From NCBI RefSeq assembly GCF_009914755.1, contig NC_060942.1: DNA of 64,000 nt; one strand, written 5' to 3'. Positions 23,990-39,279 of the stretch are shown here, piece after piece (position 1 is the stretch's first letter; every line of letters starts with the position of its first letter). The position numbers and the translations under genes are program-made. Under the pieces are notes generated by a model. That model saw nothing but the letters and a program-made list of their open reading frames with translations, was not told where the DNA came from and searched no databases. Origin of the DNA: the human T2T-CHM13v2.0 reference genome, Homo sapiens.

Positions 23990-25495
23990 GCTTCTTCACA
24001 TACAAACAAAGAAATTGACATCCAGAATGTAAATTACAGCTTATATGGCTAATAAGTGGCAGAACTGGGTTAGAATTCAGATCTCCTTTGGCCCATTGCA
24101 CTTTCCCAGTTCATCACACTGCAACTATTTATCTCACCACTGAACTCTTCATGAATACCTTTCAACAAATTCTGTGAAACTGTTTTGATCTCCCTATATC
24201 AACATGTAGAAGACAAACATGAAGGAATGGCTACTGTGTATAGGAGGGACTCAGCCTTTGGAAACTTCATATTTTGTGTCAAGCCTGTGCCAGGATATGT
24301 TTCATTCAAGTTATCAGTGCAAATGAGAGGTGGTAATAGAGACATGTAAGTGACATGGATCTATACAAATAGGTTTGGGTCACATCTTGTATTTTACACC
24401 AAGAACCTAGATCATGCCAACCTTTTGATGGTAAAAACTGTAATGAGAGAAGAATGCTTCGTCAAGATAATAAATGATTACCTTTGCATATAGAAATAAC
24501 CAGAACCCATGCATGCACACTCCATTATTCCTTCTGTCTCCTGACATTGACTGGAATTCAGTCTTTAGTATCCTCTCTCTGTCACACACACATGAACGCA
24601 CAAGCACACTTCATATTCAGTGATGATGTTTTTCCTATTACAAAAACTGTGAACTACCCATGGACAGTAATAATGCAGATATATTTCATTTGAGAAAGGC
24701 TTTCTTTTGTCATTTTCTTTCTTTACCTTTTTGGTGATGAGTCAAGCTGACCTGCTGGGTGAGATGGTTCAGATATTCATGCTTCCTCCTAGTAACGATG
24801 CTGGCTTTCTGCAATTCAAATGACCCACTACAGCTGCACGAGTAGGCACTTAGCCACCTACTCCAGTTAGTAATTATTCGTTTAGACTAAAAAATTCTGA
24901 ATCAATAGAAAAACATTGAATTAAGCCTCATTTTTGATATCTCATTTGACAAAGGAATCATGTTATTTTTCCTTGCAGTGGATTTAGATAAACATCCAGA
25001 AAAAAAAAATGTTTTGTGTTGGAACGGCCACAGAGAACCTTCTTTTTTTTTTTTTCCCAGGAGGGAACATAATTCTAAGTCAGGAAAAATAATTTATGTG
25101 GCTTCCTAGTTTCTGCCCAAACCAGCCATATGCTCTCAATATTACTGGAAGAAGTCTGAAACAGAAAATACAAAGTAGGGGCAAGAAGGCCCTTGTGGGG
25201 GATGCAGGGGTGGAAAACGGGAGGCAGCTTAGGTGCCCCCCCCATCACTGAGGCAGAGGAGTGAGAGCACCTTTCTCCTTTGTACACCCACTTGTCTGTC
25301 AACTTTCCTCCTTCCATTTGAGGCTGCTCCTGGATGTAAATTTTGACCTGCTTTCAGTTGTAATAAATACATGAGGCATAGAAGTAAGAGAAGCTCAAAT
25401 AGCTTTCTAAAGGAGAATCTCATAAATAACAGTAGCTTTTGTTGTGCCCTATTACATTGGTGGTGTAATTTTCTTTTTTCTTTAATTTTCTATGA

Positions 25496-25856
<361 letters not shown>

Positions 25857-26346
25857 TGTTTTGTTTTGATTTACTAAACAGCTTTTATTTTTCTCTTCTG
25901 TTACACAGAAACAAACAAAAAGATAATTATTTTGTTTGGGAGGCATTTGGGTATCATGAAATATTTAAATCAGAGATTTCTAGCACGTGTGATCAATGAA
26001 AATAGAGGGAAACTAGGACTTCTGAACTGATTTCCTTTTGGAGCATTCTCATAGATGAATCTACAAGGATACAATGATTTGTCTGAATGATAAATTTACC
26101 TGAATAATTTATCTGAATGATAAAATTTTGATACCTTTATTAAGATACTTGAAGGTGTTGGTTTACAAAAGATTAAGTACCACAGTGTAAAAATTCTATT
26201 GTTGCATTAATTTGATTAGCAATGAAAAACTCAGAATCCATTTCTAAAGAAGTTGATAATACAAATAAAACATTTACCTAAAGACTGACTATACACAAAT
26301 AATTTCTGCAATTTATCCAACTCATAAATTGGTATAGAGATTTATG

Positions 26347-26652
26347 GGCCGGGCGTGGTGGTTCACACCTGTGATCCCAGCACTTTGGGAGGCCGAGGCG
26401 GGTGGATCATGAGGTCAGGAGATCCAGACTATCCTGGCTAACACGGTGAAACTCCGTCTCTACTAAAAATACAAAAAATTAGCCGGGTGTGGTGGCGGGC
26501 ACCTGTAGTCCCAGCTACTCAGGAGGCTGAGGCAGGAGACTGGCGTGAACCCAGGAGGCGGAGCTTGCAGTGAGCCGAGATCGCGCCACTGCACTCCAGC
26601 CTGGGAGATAGAGCAAGACTCTGTCTCAAAAAAAAAAAAAAAAAAAAAAAAA
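26347..26652 (+). mobile_element. AluY
   Basis: ggctaacacggtgaaac, ggcgtgaacccaggaggcggagcttgcag; TSD agatttatg. Confidence 0.95.
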
Positions 26653-26959
26653 GATTTATGTAATAGATGATTAATCATAGCACTGGTTGTAAAAGCAAAA
26701 TGCATGGTAGTGAATACTGTTCCCCAATATGTATTGCTAATATACTAGTTCTTTAACATGTGATGTTAATATAGTACAAAGTAGCTTCATTAAAGAAAGA
26801 GTTTTGATTTGATTCAATCCTGTGTTCCCGGTGTCTGGAAGTGAGCTTGGCACACAGTAGATGAGCATTAAACATTTGCCAAATGAATGGACACTCCATA
26901 TAATCAAATATATGTACATAGGTGAATGTGTACGTACACATATACATATTTGTATGTTT

Positions 26960-27135
26960 GACTATATGTAGAAAATAGCAGAAGGCGAATGTTAAAATGG
27001 TAACAGTGATGGCTGCCTTTGGTTAAATAAGACTGGAACACGGTGGGGGAGGGAGCTTTTACTTTTAACCCTGTATCAATCTGTACTATTTGAATTTTTT
27101 TCACAATTAGCATATGTAACTTTTATTAAAAAATG
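26960..27135 (+). mobile_element. L1ME-type 3' end relic
   Basis: aaaatggtaacagtgatggctgcctttgg...cttttactttt...ctgtactatttgaatttttt...gcatatgtaactttta. Confidence 0.55.
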
Positions 27136-27690
27136 AATTCTGTGAAAGAACCCCAAATGTACGACCACTGGAGATCTGCATTTTAGAATTTGTGTTGTCT
27201 TTACATTATCTCACCTTAAAGATACAACTCCATTATGTACACGATAACCTAAGGAACAGGCTTTGACTGGAAATTGATGAAACTTGGACCACAGAATCAG
27301 AAATTAGAATCTTCAAAGAATCGTCATTACAGATTATATTTTGCTTTTCCATTTCTTCAGCTTCAACCAGAATTTTATATTCAAAGTTAAGAAAATTTAC
27401 ATGTAACTGTATGCAAAAACCCATATGGCCTGTGTCAGTCTGTACCACTTATTTTCAATGAGATAAAATAGCTTATTTAAACTTTGAATTTTCCCATTGG
27501 GTTTAGATGATTTAGCTGTTTATCCAGCAGCCCTATACTTAAAAATAGATGAGATGACATTTGTGGGTTCTTTAAAAAAATACCCTTTGGAGAAAGAAGC
27601 AGAACACTAATGCCATATTTACCATTTACATTATATAAGAATGGCAAGTTTTTATAGAATGAGTGCTTCATAGAAAATATCCTCCTTTCT

Positions 27691-28002
<312 letters not shown>

Positions 28003-29752
28003 CTAACATAAAAGCTATAGCTCTTCTGTAACCAGTCACAATCATTGCATATATGAGGGCATCCCACATAAGTTTCATTATTTGATGATTATAATTAATT
28101 TAATGGAAACATAAACATGGTTGGAAAGTTTCCAATAATAGCATAGGAAGATTTTTCTCTCCCTTCTCCCTTCCAATTATGTAGTGCCTCCCCGCCATCG
28201 CCATCATTCTTTTATCAATTATTTATTGTGTGTCTGCTATGTGGGAGGCACAGTTGTTATAAAACAAATATAAAGTTGATGTTGACTATATTTAACTTGA
28301 CCTTATATACCTATTTAATAATTATAGCAACCTGCCAAAAATGAGAAGTGATTAATATTAGCCCTAAACCTGCTGTCATACGATTCCACAGAGTTCAAGA
28401 TAAGAATTAACATAAGTTAAGCTGAAAATATACTGTCACCTGAAATTGCAAACTGGGTAGGTATACAGGAGAACGATAGTCAATTAAAGTATGAAATATT
28501 CAAATCAGTGTTCCAATCTTGGTAGCATTGCTGATGGCAAAGGATGATGACACCAGGAGGAAATGAAAGCAAACACATCACTTTCCTACTCAGAATAGTA
28601 CACCTATCTTAGGATCTTACTGATTTTATTTATTAAAAAAATACACTTTAGGAGAAAAGTGCATTTATCGGGTAATATGAAAGAGGAAATGAGGTCTGTG
28701 TGAGGGCATGGGTATATGCCATCACTATGCAACATTTTAATCTTCAGTTTTTATAGGAGTTTCCTCTGAGCACTCATCAAAGGTAATGGGATTAGATTTT
28801 TTTTCTTCCTTTGTCAAATGTTTTCCTCACCCTGAATACTGTCACACACGTCGCAGGTGGATGAGATTTGTCCACTGAGGAGGAATTGCACTTTTCGACC
28901 CTCCTAGGATGTGACTTGAATACCTGGCTTGTTCCATGTTGGGCTTGCCACCTGCTCCTGCTCTGAGGTAGCCGCTGACCTAAAGGCATCGCAAGGGTGG
29001 TGAGGTGAAGAGGGAGCAAGTGTTCTCAGCCACACATTTTTCCATCTCCCCTCAGAATCCACCTCTCAGAGGTAGCCTAAGTGGCCCTCCTACCGGATGC
29101 GTTGTTTTATCACGACTGCAGCTTTCTTTTCTTAGATTCTGCCAATGCTTTTAATGGGCTGGTCCCCTGCAAAGAGCAGGGATTTTGTGTTTTCTTTTGA
29201 AGAGCGTGGTAGATTTCTGAGCACCCTGTGGCAGTCTGTAAAAGTGATAAATACAAATGATGAACAATGAAGCAGGCTCTTGAGTTCTGGGGCTGGCTAC
29301 AGGAGAACTCAGAACGAGGGAAAAAAATAAATCAATTTCTAACACAAAGGCAAGATTTAGCCTCTCATTAGATCCAACTGCTACATGTAAAGAAGTTTGT
29401 TAAGAAAATGGCACAGGGATTTTGTGAGGTGGAGCCAAGCCTGCGAAATAGGCTTTCAAGATGTGTTTTCTATCTTCCTTCCAATTTTGGGTGCTATGAT
29501 GTAACAGGATTTTGAAATCCAAGCATATGTTATTTTCTTTCTTCTTTTCCTTTTATGTTTAAACCTCCATTATGATGAATTAGCTTTCCTTCCTCAATAA
29601 TTTAGAGTTTATTTTCTATAAAAAGGAAGCATTTAGAAATGTGATATTAGGCATATGGCCCCCTTTCAGATCCTTCCAGTTCTATTTGTATATGGTTTTA
29701 GACTCAGCTGTAAATATATTAATTTATGCAGCAATGGATATTATAAATCCTA

Positions 29753-30203
<451 letters not shown>

Positions 30204-31524
30204 AGGGACAAGGATAAATGCAAATTGTACACATTTCTCTCTCTTGATTTTATGATAGTTTGGAAAAGAACCATTTTTTAAAAACCAGTATATTACTAAT
30301 GGATGGCATCTAATGTCTTAGTAATTAAAAAAAGTATAGATTGGGATGGAGCCACAGAATTCAACAATGGGGAGAAGAGAGAAATAGAAGGCAGAGACAA
30401 TTTTAGAATAATAGTCAACTGTCTGTGGAAAAAGGGGAGCTTCAGTTAGTGAATGAAAGAATTGAGTTTTCCTGATGTTTTCATCTAAGATTACCCTCAT
30501 ACCACATGCACAGGGCTTGATCATAAAGTATTTGAAGTTAGTAAAAATGTAACTAGTCCAGTTGAGCTAAGGAAATATCAAAATGTCAATTGTTCTTTCC
30601 CAAGTTTAGTCAAGCTAATCAGATTCTTTCAGTTGTTAAGAAATATTCTGTTGTATGGTTTATGTGTAAATATGACTAGAAATTCTCAGCAGTGGTAAAG
30701 CATCGTAACTGGGCATGGTTGCTACACATATTTGTATCTCTGATAGTGCCTGGCATTGTCCCTTGCATACACAAAAAGTTCAAAACTACATGCTTAAAAG
30801 TGAAGGATTTCACTCTCCCCTGAAAGCACTCTATTTGATAGAGAGCAGCACTCTTTTGTGCTTACAGCAATGAGTAAACTCTTAGAGCCAGGTTGTGAAC
30901 TGCTTGTTGTGGATATATGCTGTAGACATTTAATCACTTGATAACTCATTAGTGATATATTTAATTCATCTAAGATGATTTATGTTTCAAATGTGAACAT
31001 GATGCTTTACCATTACTTTTACTATTTAATAAAAAGATAATTGTTGCATCCATTTATAAATTTTGCATTAAACATGACACATTTATCTTTTCAAAGAAAA
31101 TAATTGTTAATCTTAGAAAATTTTCCTCAAATGTGCAATACACCAGGCAAAAACCAAACTCTGGTTTTACTGTACTTGAAAATAAATTAGCATGCATTTC
31201 ACATGGTATTTTGTTATTCTCCTTTCATAGCCTGCTTTGGTTAAAAAAAAATCATGTCATAAAAGAGATGGCAAATTAGATCTGGGAGTGAAGAAAACTT
31301 GTTCCTAAATTTTATCTTAGATATTGAACTACTAAATAGATGATAATGAAATTAATGTCTATTTCATGCATGAAGCAGCTCTATTACGTGCTTTTATAAT
31401 TTCTTGCTTTTGAGAGGTTAAGGTGGAAGGGCTTATTTTCTTTAGACACTGATCCTGGGATTCATGAACTTCATTATTCTCTTTATCTTATGATAACTAT
31501 GCCCACAGGGTACAATTAATGAAT

Positions 31525-31910
31525 TAATTCATCAATCCACTCATTCACATTTATCGAATGCTTCCTGTGTGCCAAGCACTGTGCGAGTAGAAACCACAAG
31601 AATCAATAAAATCAATAGACTTATATTTGTCTCTAGGGGGTCTACTGTCTATTGGGGGACAGGTAGAATTATTGGAGGGGAGGGAGCAACAAGCCCTCAA
31701 ACTTGGTGTCAGCAAAGTGTGAAAATCACTAGAAAATCCACACGTAGGCATTGGTAGCATGGGAGCTAGTTTAAGGAGGTTATACTTGTCTTGGGACTTG
31801 AGTGATGGGAAAGACTTTGGCAACTGGGCAAAGAGAAGAGAGGAGGGCAGTACAGAAGTGGGAACAGAAACATGAGCACATAAACAGGCACTATATATAC
31901 TCATGGGAAG
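31525..31910 (-). mobile_element. L2 3' fragment
   Basis: cattcacatttatcgaatgcttcctgtgtgccaagcactgtg is the reverse L2 tail. Confidence 0.7.
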
Positions 31911-32530
31911 CAGCAAGCTTCACTTCGGACCTAGGGCCTCTCAGGGTACTGCTAGAAACAGATTCTGTTGAAGGTATTCAGCTTGTGCTAATAGTCTGTA
32001 CTTGTTTTAAAGACCCAGGAGGTCTTTTTCAGAATGTATTTTCTTGAACAGCCTCTTTCTATCACCAACATGGCACTGAGAACAATAGAAAACAGCTCCT
32101 TTTGTTTCTGGGACACACCTCCTCTTTTCTAAGATTCATGCCTGGTTGCCCAGGGAAATTCCTCAAACCAGCCTTTATTCTGAGCTGATCACTCTCTTCT
32201 GAACAGGACATTCCGCCATCTGCTCAGACACCCTGGCTGTCAGCCCCACCCTGAATCACCAGGCATCACCTCCCTTCTCAAGGAGACCTCACTTCTCTTT
32301 ATGTCTAAAGCCCCACAAATGGCTTTACTCCTTCAAAACCCTCTCTTTCTAGACTTCCTCTAGCGCCAGCGTTGCAATTCCTCTGACCACGTATTTAGGC
32401 ACACATATAATATTTAGAGGGCCTCTCTACTCCACATTTAACCCTGTAATATCATCTTTTTTATATTAACATCTTATTCCTCTTTATCAGCTCATTTGGA
32501 GCCATGTTTCATTTCCCAAAATATCACCAC

Positions 32531-32991
32531 TATATTCTTTTGGCTGTTGCATCAAATTACCATAAACCCAGTGGCTTAAAAAATCTCATATTTAATCTCT
32601 TACAGTTGTGGAGGCCAGAAGTCCAAAATAGTTTCACTGAGCTGAAACCAAGATAGCAGAGCTGGGCGTCCTCTGGAGGCTCGAGGGGAGAATCCATTTC
32701 CCTGCCTTTTCCCCTTGTCCCATGGTCCCTTTCTCCATCTTCACAACCAAGAGCAAAGCATCTTCAAATCTCTCTCCGCTTCCACGGCCACATAGTCTCC
32801 CTCTGCTTCCTTCTTAAAAGAACACTTGTGATTACATTTAGAGCCCACCCAGATAATCCAAGACAATCTCCCACCTTAAGATCCTTAATGTAATCACATC
32901 TGCAAAGTCATCTTTTCCACATAAGGTAACATCCTCAGTTTCCTGAGATTAGAGTGTGGCCCCATCTGGAGCCTCTATTCCACTAACTACG
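32531..32991 (-). mobile_element. MLT1D/E (MaLR) solo LTR
   Basis: caaattaccataaacccagtggcttaaa...ggaggccagaagtcc...gcccacccagataatcc...aatcacatctgcaaagtc...ataaggtaacat. Confidence 0.85.
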
Positions 32992-33004
32992 ACCACCCAC
33001 ACTA

Positions 33005-33210
33005 ACACCATTGTTAATCGAGTACTTACTCTGTGCCAGGCATTATTTTATGATAGGCACCATCATTATCTCCATTTTACAGATGAAGCAGTTGAGGCAC
33101 AGAAAGCTTTAGTAATTTAGTAAAGTCATATAGACAGAGAAGTGGTAGAAAGAGCATTCAAATCTAGGTCTGTTCAACTGGAAAGCTGTCACTCATTCAC
33201 GGAACACCCT
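33005..33210 (-). mobile_element. MIR
   Basis: cttactctgtgccaggca...ccattttacagatgaagcagttgaggcacaga. Confidence 0.8.
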
Positions 33211-33849
33211 GTTGCCTCTCACATTTTCCAGCTGACTGTGTGCGTCTGTGTTCTGGTTTGAATTAAAGGAACCTAAAAACTCTCATGGTCAACACAAAAT
33301 GGAAAATTTCCCAGAAACTGCACATGTCTCTTCTCTAGCTGTACTTGTAGATATTTCTTCCACAAAGAGCATAGCTAATTAACTGGTTAAGTGGTAACAA
33401 GTAGCAGTTTGCTTCCCCAGTGAAATACCAGTGGAAGCCCCCCTAAGTAGTCTGACATCAGGCTACGGTTGAAGAACATGAAGGGCCAACTGAGTTCAGG
33501 CAAAGTGCTATGGAAACAGTAATCACAGAGCAGGTCCAGGAAAATAATGCCTGTTTAAAAGGACAATGGAAATGAAACAGAAATGTAAGGCCCAGCTACT
33601 TTCTCTGTAGAGAAAGTGAGAAAGGCTGAAAACTCCTGTAGACATAAGGCTTGAAGAAGAAAGCTTGAGAATAAAGAATACAGCACAAAGGGAAGTACTT
33701 TCAGTTTAATTTAAGGGAAAAATACACTCAGGGCTGACTATTGGAGATCAGAAGGCAAATGAACACTGGCAGGCAGTGAGAAATTAAGGATTTAAAAAAT
33801 GATCCTTATACATTTTTAAGAATAAACTTTTTCTTTTATTCTAAGGAGG

Positions 33850-34050
33850 CAGTAAATCACGTGGAAAATAGAAAGAACTGGTCCCTGGAGTCAAACAGAC
33901 TGAGGGTCCCATTCCTTAATATCAGCATCATACATGACAACTTGAGCCTCAGTTCTTTCATTTACAAAATGGGAACAACAACACGAAGATTAAGGAAATT
34001 ATATGAACCACCTTAGCACAGTACTTTGCAGGAATGAGTAGCATAAAAAA
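33850..34050 (+). mobile_element. MIR
   Basis: ctggagtcaaacagactg...gagcctcagttctttcatttacaaaatggga...cttagcacagtact. Confidence 0.7.
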
Positions 34051-34119
34051 TCATTGCATCTGGTTTCTGCAACCTCAGCAAGACAAAAGGTAATACAGCT
34101 TGTTAAAGAGTCCAGCTAG

Positions 34120-35115
34120 CTACTAGTGCATTCAGAGAGAATTCACTCTGTGCCAGGCATGGTGCTGGATCACGGGCCACAACTATGAATAAGAGACCAG
34201 CTATGTTCTTTCATGAAACGATCTAGTGGAAGAGTCAAACAAGAAAACAGGCAATCCTACCTAAGATAGAAGAAGCATGATAAGGAAATGATGGGTGCTA
34301 TGAGAGCATATTGGGAGAGGATACCTCACTTAAACTTGGCCAGTCAGAGAAGGCTTCCAGGAGGAAACATTATCTTAGATGAGACTGGAAAGTTGGGAAG
34401 AGGTTAAGTAGGGAAGAGAGGAGTTTGGCAGGGGTGGGGGGTGAGGGGTGGAGGGGGTTGTAGGCAGGCAGAAGAGACAAAGGAGGAAGCAGCTCATGCA
34501 AAGGTCCTGGGCAAGAGAACATGGCACTGCTAAGAAAGAGAAAAGCAGACCAGTATGGCTGAAATGCAGAGTGGACAGAGGGAGTGTTAGGAAATGAGAT
34601 TGTGAAGGAAAAAGGTCCCCAGCTACATCATACTCTCTAAGTCATGTTTAAAAGTTTGGACTTTATCCCAAGGGTAAAGAGGAACCAGTGAAGGATTTTT
34701 AAGCAGAAGATTTAATGATTTTATCTGTATTTTAGAAAGATCATTTGGGCTATAATGTGCAGGATGAACTGGATTTAGGAGAAACTAGAGGCAGGAAGAC
34801 CACTAGGAGATATTTACAATAGTCTAGCTGAGAAATGATGGAGGTTTAACTGGGATCGTGGCAAAAGGAATGGCGAGAAGTGGACAGAAATAAGATTTGG
34901 TGTTTTTTTTTTTTTCCACTCATTCATTCATTCAACTAACTTTTATGAGTCTGCCTTAGAGGAGAGACACGAGGGTGAGATAGAGAGAGGTATCAAGATT
35001 GGCCCCATGTTTCAGCGTTAAAAAAAAGCATAGATAGTGGTGCCATTTACAGGGGTAGGAAACATGGGGTAGCAGGCTCTTGGGAAGATACTGAGTGCAG
35101 TTTTTGACATGATAG
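34120..35115 (-). mobile_element. L2 fragments
   Basis: tgtgccaggcatggtgctgga...gtcagagaaggcttccaggagga...gtttggactttatcc...ttttagaaagatcatt...agatagtggtgccattta. Confidence 0.8.
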
Positions 35116-38100
35116 GTTTTTGTGTCATGCCTTTATTTTTGTAACCTCGATATCTTTGTGTACCCCAACCTGTGAGAATAGATGAGGTCATATTAACAGT
35201 AATAACCAAGTCCAGTGATACTTTAGTTCTCTCTCATCTTTGTTCCTCGCCCAGTTAATTCTGATTGTCCACAAGGATGAGCTTCACGTGTATTTGGGAA
35301 CAAATCTGTTTGCTGCCTTCTGTCAGGCCTTTTTGCAATGGTGCCAAGAACTTCTTATGACTGTGGGCCATCTGTACTGATGCTGCTGCCTCAGTCACCA
35401 CTGTCCTCAGCTGGTACCTGCTCTGTGGCCTTTGATGTGTGTGTGTATATAGGGAAGGTGGGGGTGCTTCTTTCTCTAGATATTCTCTATTAATTAACTA
35501 ACACAGAGCTAATATGTGAGTTTGTAAATAACACATGCCTTGCATTTGGCATTGCTAAAAATACCTTCAAGGGCTAACAACTTTGCATCTTATCTCCCAG
35601 CATGCATGGGTTGACCACTACAGACAAAAGATCATGAAGCTGATGCTGGCCAAAGAGCCTTGCACATTTTCACCCTCAAGTTGGTTTTATGTAGCAATTG
35701 CGGATAAAAAGCTCTGCTGGTATAAAAATCTTCTTATTGTACAAATGGCAGGAAATAGAAGACAACATTGCGGTGGTTACAAAAATTTGTTTCCTAGTTT
35801 GTTTCTGCCAGCTTTAAATTGAACATAGATCAATCTATAGGTTCTGAATTAGTAATATTGGGGAGACATGAAATGAGAAAAATAGCAGAATTAAATAAGC
35901 ATAACAGTGCACGGGGCAGCCCAGCATGCTCTGGAGCGATGAGGGGTGAGAGAGAAAGGAAGAAAAGAAGAAAACAAAATGAACACCTTTCAAATCCAAA
36001 ACAATGCACCACGTTTGAGCCTCCAATATAGTTTTACAAAGACAGAATAGCCATGAAATCAAACATTTAAGTATAAATAGGTAACATATGTCTGTCTTAT
36101 TGTTGTTAAAAATTAACTGTGATAGACTGAAATTCCATTCCACATTCCTACTTCTTGATGACTTAGTAAATTACAGGCATTTCAAGAGAAATGCCTAAAA
36201 ATTTTAGGTGAACCATCGACGATATTTTGGGTGGAAGTAAGTTATATGTGGTAGCTAAATACTTGTGCTCAAGCTCTCAGCATCCTGTTTATACTTCTAG
36301 GAAAGACATATGAAATGTGAACAATTTCAAGGAATGAAATAAATGTTCTTCTTTATCTATAAAAGTCTGATTGTGGTGTTTAAAGGCTTCCATGAAACAA
36401 AAACACCTGTGCCCACAGCTCGTCTCCCGTGCATAAAAACAGAATACAAAGATGAGACAGTAGGAATAGGAGGAACATTTTCTATTTCTCCAATATTTCC
36501 CACATGCTTTGGCTGTTTTTGAATAGACCTTCTGAAATATCTTTTGAGGTCACCTACTTTGTGAACCTAAAGTCTCTGATTTTTCAGGTGACATGGCAGC
36601 AAGCCCGAATGTCTGAAAACATAAATCTTAGTTATAATTTCCATTTTTGTCATTTTGCTAGAAAAGAAAAATATGATAATTTCTTCCCCAGCTTGCTAAG
36701 CCTTTGCTAGTTTCAGGAATTTCTGCTACCATCTGATGAAAATCAAAATCCCCGTATTAAACACCAAAAAGCTATATCACAAAAAAGTGAAGCCATCCTA
36801 GTAAGTGCCTCATCACTTCTTGTTTTTGAGATAGAGTAACCAAGGTAGCAATAGAAGTCTCAGAGAGAGCTGATGGTTTCTAATTCCATAAACTTAGTGG
36901 ACAAGTACATTTTCCACATGAACCAAAATCATTGCCGCCATGGTGAATCAAAAAAGTAATAACAAAAATTCACATTACCAGCACGCTGTTATTTTAAAAA
37001 TCCAATTTTACAAAATAAAACTCACCTAAACTGAAGCTGTGGAATAATTTTAGCAATTGAAAATTACTACCTTCTCTAGAATAACATGTACTTAGAAATG
37101 AAATGATTCAGAAATCAACATGATGTACGTATTCTGCTTTTCTTTGCAGCTTAGAGCAAATTCAACATCAATTTACACTATATCATAGTAAATATATTCA
37201 ACAATCAGTGCTTAAGTAATTTAGCCTGTCTTTGCTGCATCTAAATATTCTGCTGTTTAACTAAATTCACTCCATACTATAGATGATAAAAATATTAATA
37301 TACACATTTCATTCTTATTAAAAAGCTGGATTTCTCCCTTAGCCCTGCAAGTACCATAAGCAACCAAATCAGAGGAAAAGGGTATGTTGGGGCTACTCTT
37401 TATAAAATTGTTCATCCCCAGTTCACAGACATCATGAAACATGAAATTAACTCCAGTATGTTAAAAGAAAGATGATAGATTAGCACAGAAATCAAGCACA
37501 AAGAAACGATTTATTTTCCTTTCCATAGCCCAGAATTGCTATTAGCTTACCTTATTAGCTGGAATGCCAAACAGAATGTCTTTATGGAAAATTAAGTTCA
37601 TTATTCATCTCAGCTTTGATTTGGTATAGTGCAGCTGAGAGCATTTAGCTTCTCTCTATGATTTGCCGATTCTAAGTGGTTGAGTGAGGCAGTAAACACA
37701 GGACTTGGGGGTGGGGGGAGAGTGGTTGGTCATGGCTCACAACTCAAGATTTGCAACTTTACATTTTCATTCATATAAAGATACTTAATGAAATAAAACC
37801 CTATAGCTGAAGAATAACACTTAAGTGAATACTTAGTGCAGATTTTTCAGCCTGTGCAATTTTGCATAGCAGTTGTACTTACAGAGTCTGGCATGCTCAC
37901 TGTCCCAGCAAAATCATATTGCTATCTTTCATTATCTCAGTAAATTCTGGGCTATTGATCACTTTGCAGCCCATATAGGGGGTAACGTATATTCTGTCAA
38001 ATGGAAGTCCCCATCAGGGAACGATCCTTGCAGCTTGCTAAAAGAAGCATGCCTGATTGTCTGACTAGTGATGGAAAGACAGATGCCTTTTACAATGTTG

Positions 38101-38361
38101 AAGTGTGCACATGCACAAATTGGATAGAACATTCAGTCAGCTAACAAACAGAGAGATTTTAAGGAGTAAAATAACAATAGATTTCCATCCTTGAGATATC
38201 AAATTCTCTTTTAGAGAAAAATTAAGTAATACTTCTCAACAATTCATTCATTTTCTTCAAAAGAATTAAACGTGTTGTAGAAACCTCTTGGCAAACACTT
38301 TTCATTTTTTAAAAAATTGACTTCCATAGAGAAACATCCCAGAAAATCTTATTGAAAGTGT

Positions 38362-38362
<1 letters not shown>

Positions 38363-38398
<36 letters not shown>
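38363..38398. repeat. (GT)18 microsatellite
   Basis: Direct reading. Confidence 0.95.
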
Positions 38399-38399
<1 letters not shown>

Positions 38400-38714
38400 T
38401 CATTTCGGGATGGGGCAAAGGAACTGTTGCAGCGTCCTCTTCCAAGTATTTCACTTTATAAGTTTTAAGTGGGCAGCATTTACTAAAATCCAGCTTTACT
38501 GAGTGCAATCTGCAACCACATCAGCAAGATCACTTTTAGGTTATCAATAGACAAGGACAATACAATTTCAGTAGAGCAAAGACTTACACCTTTCCTTTCT
38601 TCGTCACCATACAAAACCAAACCCTAAAACTTTCCTCTACTGAATTAATAAAAGCACAGGTGCATTTAATAAGAAATGATAAGGAAAATTATAATTAAAT
38701 GATTGGTTTGTTTC

Positions 38715-39275
38715 AAAGTGTTAAGTATAGTGTCACCATATGACCCAGCAATCACGCTTTTAGGCATATACCAGGAGAAATGAAAGCAAATGTCCACACA
38801 AACACTTGTACACAAATGTTCACAGCACCATTATTCACAATAGTCAAAAAGTGGAAACAACCCTTGTATCCACTAACTGATGAAAGGATTAAAAGTGTAG
38901 TATATCCATACAATAAAACATTATTTGGAATGAAAAGAAATGAAATATTGATACCTGCTATAACATGGATAAATCTTAAAAATAGTATGATAATTGAAAG
39001 AGGCCAGTCTCAAAAGATCACATATTACAATATTCTATTTATATGAAATGTCCAGAAAAGGCAGAATCTATAGGGACAGAAAAGTAGACTAGTGGTTGCC
39101 CTGGACCTGGGGTAGGGGGACCAGGAAGTGATTGCTAACAGGTACAGGATTCCTTATTGGAGTGAAGAAAATATTTTTATCTTAGATCTTGGTGATGGTT
39201 GCACAATTGTGAACACATTAAACCCATTAAATTGTCTACTTTAAATGGGTAAATAATATCACAATAAAATTTATT
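38715..39275 (+). mobile_element. L1MB-type 3' end
   Basis: ccatatgacccagcaatc...gagaaatgaaagca...aaaagtggaaacaaccc...tagtggttgcc...ggtgatggttgcaca...aataaaa. Confidence 0.85.
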
Positions 39276-39279
39276 TTAA

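Noticed and set aside
26926-26941. 16-bp palindrome atgtgtacgtacacat
   Set aside because: Sits in a low-complexity TA/TG-rich patch where such symmetry is expected.
38780-39046. ORF resembling the L1 ORF2 C-terminus (also 47383-47592)
   Set aside because: Degenerate fragments of 5'-truncated L1 copies, already explained as mobile elements.
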